From positions 1-13,560 of the forward strand of contig JAYUVP010000087.1 of NCBI GenBank assembly GCA_043753995.1: DNA of 13,560 nt. The letters are read 5' to 3'. Below the pieces are notes generated by a model. It had not been told where the DNA came from. It did not search any database and saw nothing but the letters and a program-made list of their open reading frames with translations. Source of the DNA: Fibrobacterota bacterium (GTDB taxonomy: Bacteria; Fibrobacterota; Fibrobacteria; UBA11236). The position numbers were made by a program, and so were the translations under genes. Numbering within the stretch: position 1 is the first letter of the stretch; every line of letters starts with the position of its first letter. Of the stretch, positions 13,238-13,560 are shown in pieces.

Positions 13238-13560
13238 CTAATCAGAAAAGGGTGCCGTATTCAAGATCAATCCAAAGTTCAACCAGAGCTTGGAATTGTC
13301 CAAATCCCCTGCTTGATACAAAGGCAGGGAAATCCCCGTTTGGAATTGCCCTTTCACGGCTTTATAGCCAGCCCGAAAGGTGAATGCCGGCTCTAGAAAA
13401 AAGCCCCAATGCTGGCCGGGATAGACCAAGGGTATTTCATTGCCGTCCCATGCCTTAAAATCAAAATATCGAAATCCGGAAACTCGCAAGGACCCGGCGC
13501 GATCAAAGATTCGACCTCGCTTTCCCCAATGGCCTTGTAAAAAAATTTCATAATACTGGC
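13238..13560 (-). CDS. C-terminal part of a hypothetical protein (outer-membrane beta-strand-like), truncated by the window edge
   Basis: Frame stays open from 13558 (QYYEIFLQGHWGKRGRIFDRAGSLRVSGFRYF...FFLEPAFTFRAGYKAVKGQFQTGIS...LWLNFGLILN...) to the stop at 13238; convergent with rpe, 4-nt gap. Confidence 0.7.
   Translation of the reverse strand, partial: QYYEIFLQGHWGKRGRIFDRAGSLRVSGFRYFDFKAWDGNEIPLVYPGQHWGFFLEPAFTFRAGYKAVKGQFQTGISLPLYQAGDLDNSKLWLNFGLILNTAPFSD

Overview
Bacterial chromosomal window; Fibrobacterota/FCB-like affinity is an inference from the secreted-protein tails and gene style. GC-rich housekeeping genes (prmC-prfA on the minus strand at left; a PQQ-dependent sugar dehydrogenase, an IS21 IstA-like HTH remnant and rpe at right) flank a visibly AT-richer + strand block. 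The main result is a tightly coupled four-gene module: a large lipoprotein, an ECF sigma factor, a single-pass membrane anti-sigma-like protein, and an exported caspase-family (C14) protease with an intact His108/Cys145 dyad and a C-terminal beta-barrel-like anchor. Two sequence signals tie it together. (i) The pentapeptide SPKGG, written with different codons, occurs in predicted linkers of both the anti-sigma and the caspase and is a candidate Lys-Gly cleavage site. (ii) The bipartite motif TTGTCCACG-N16-CGTCTAA occurs with identical spacing just before the anti-sigma and just before three downstream envelope-protein genes, and is a candidate cognate ECF promoter. Together they suggest a CRISPR-independent, trans-envelope caspase -> anti-sigma -> ECF signalling cascade with a local regulon. 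Also seen: a DnaA-box cluster after prmC, a structured and repeat-rich intergenic region upstream of prfA, and a candidate small RNA with anti-Shine-Dalgarno loops and its own terminator.
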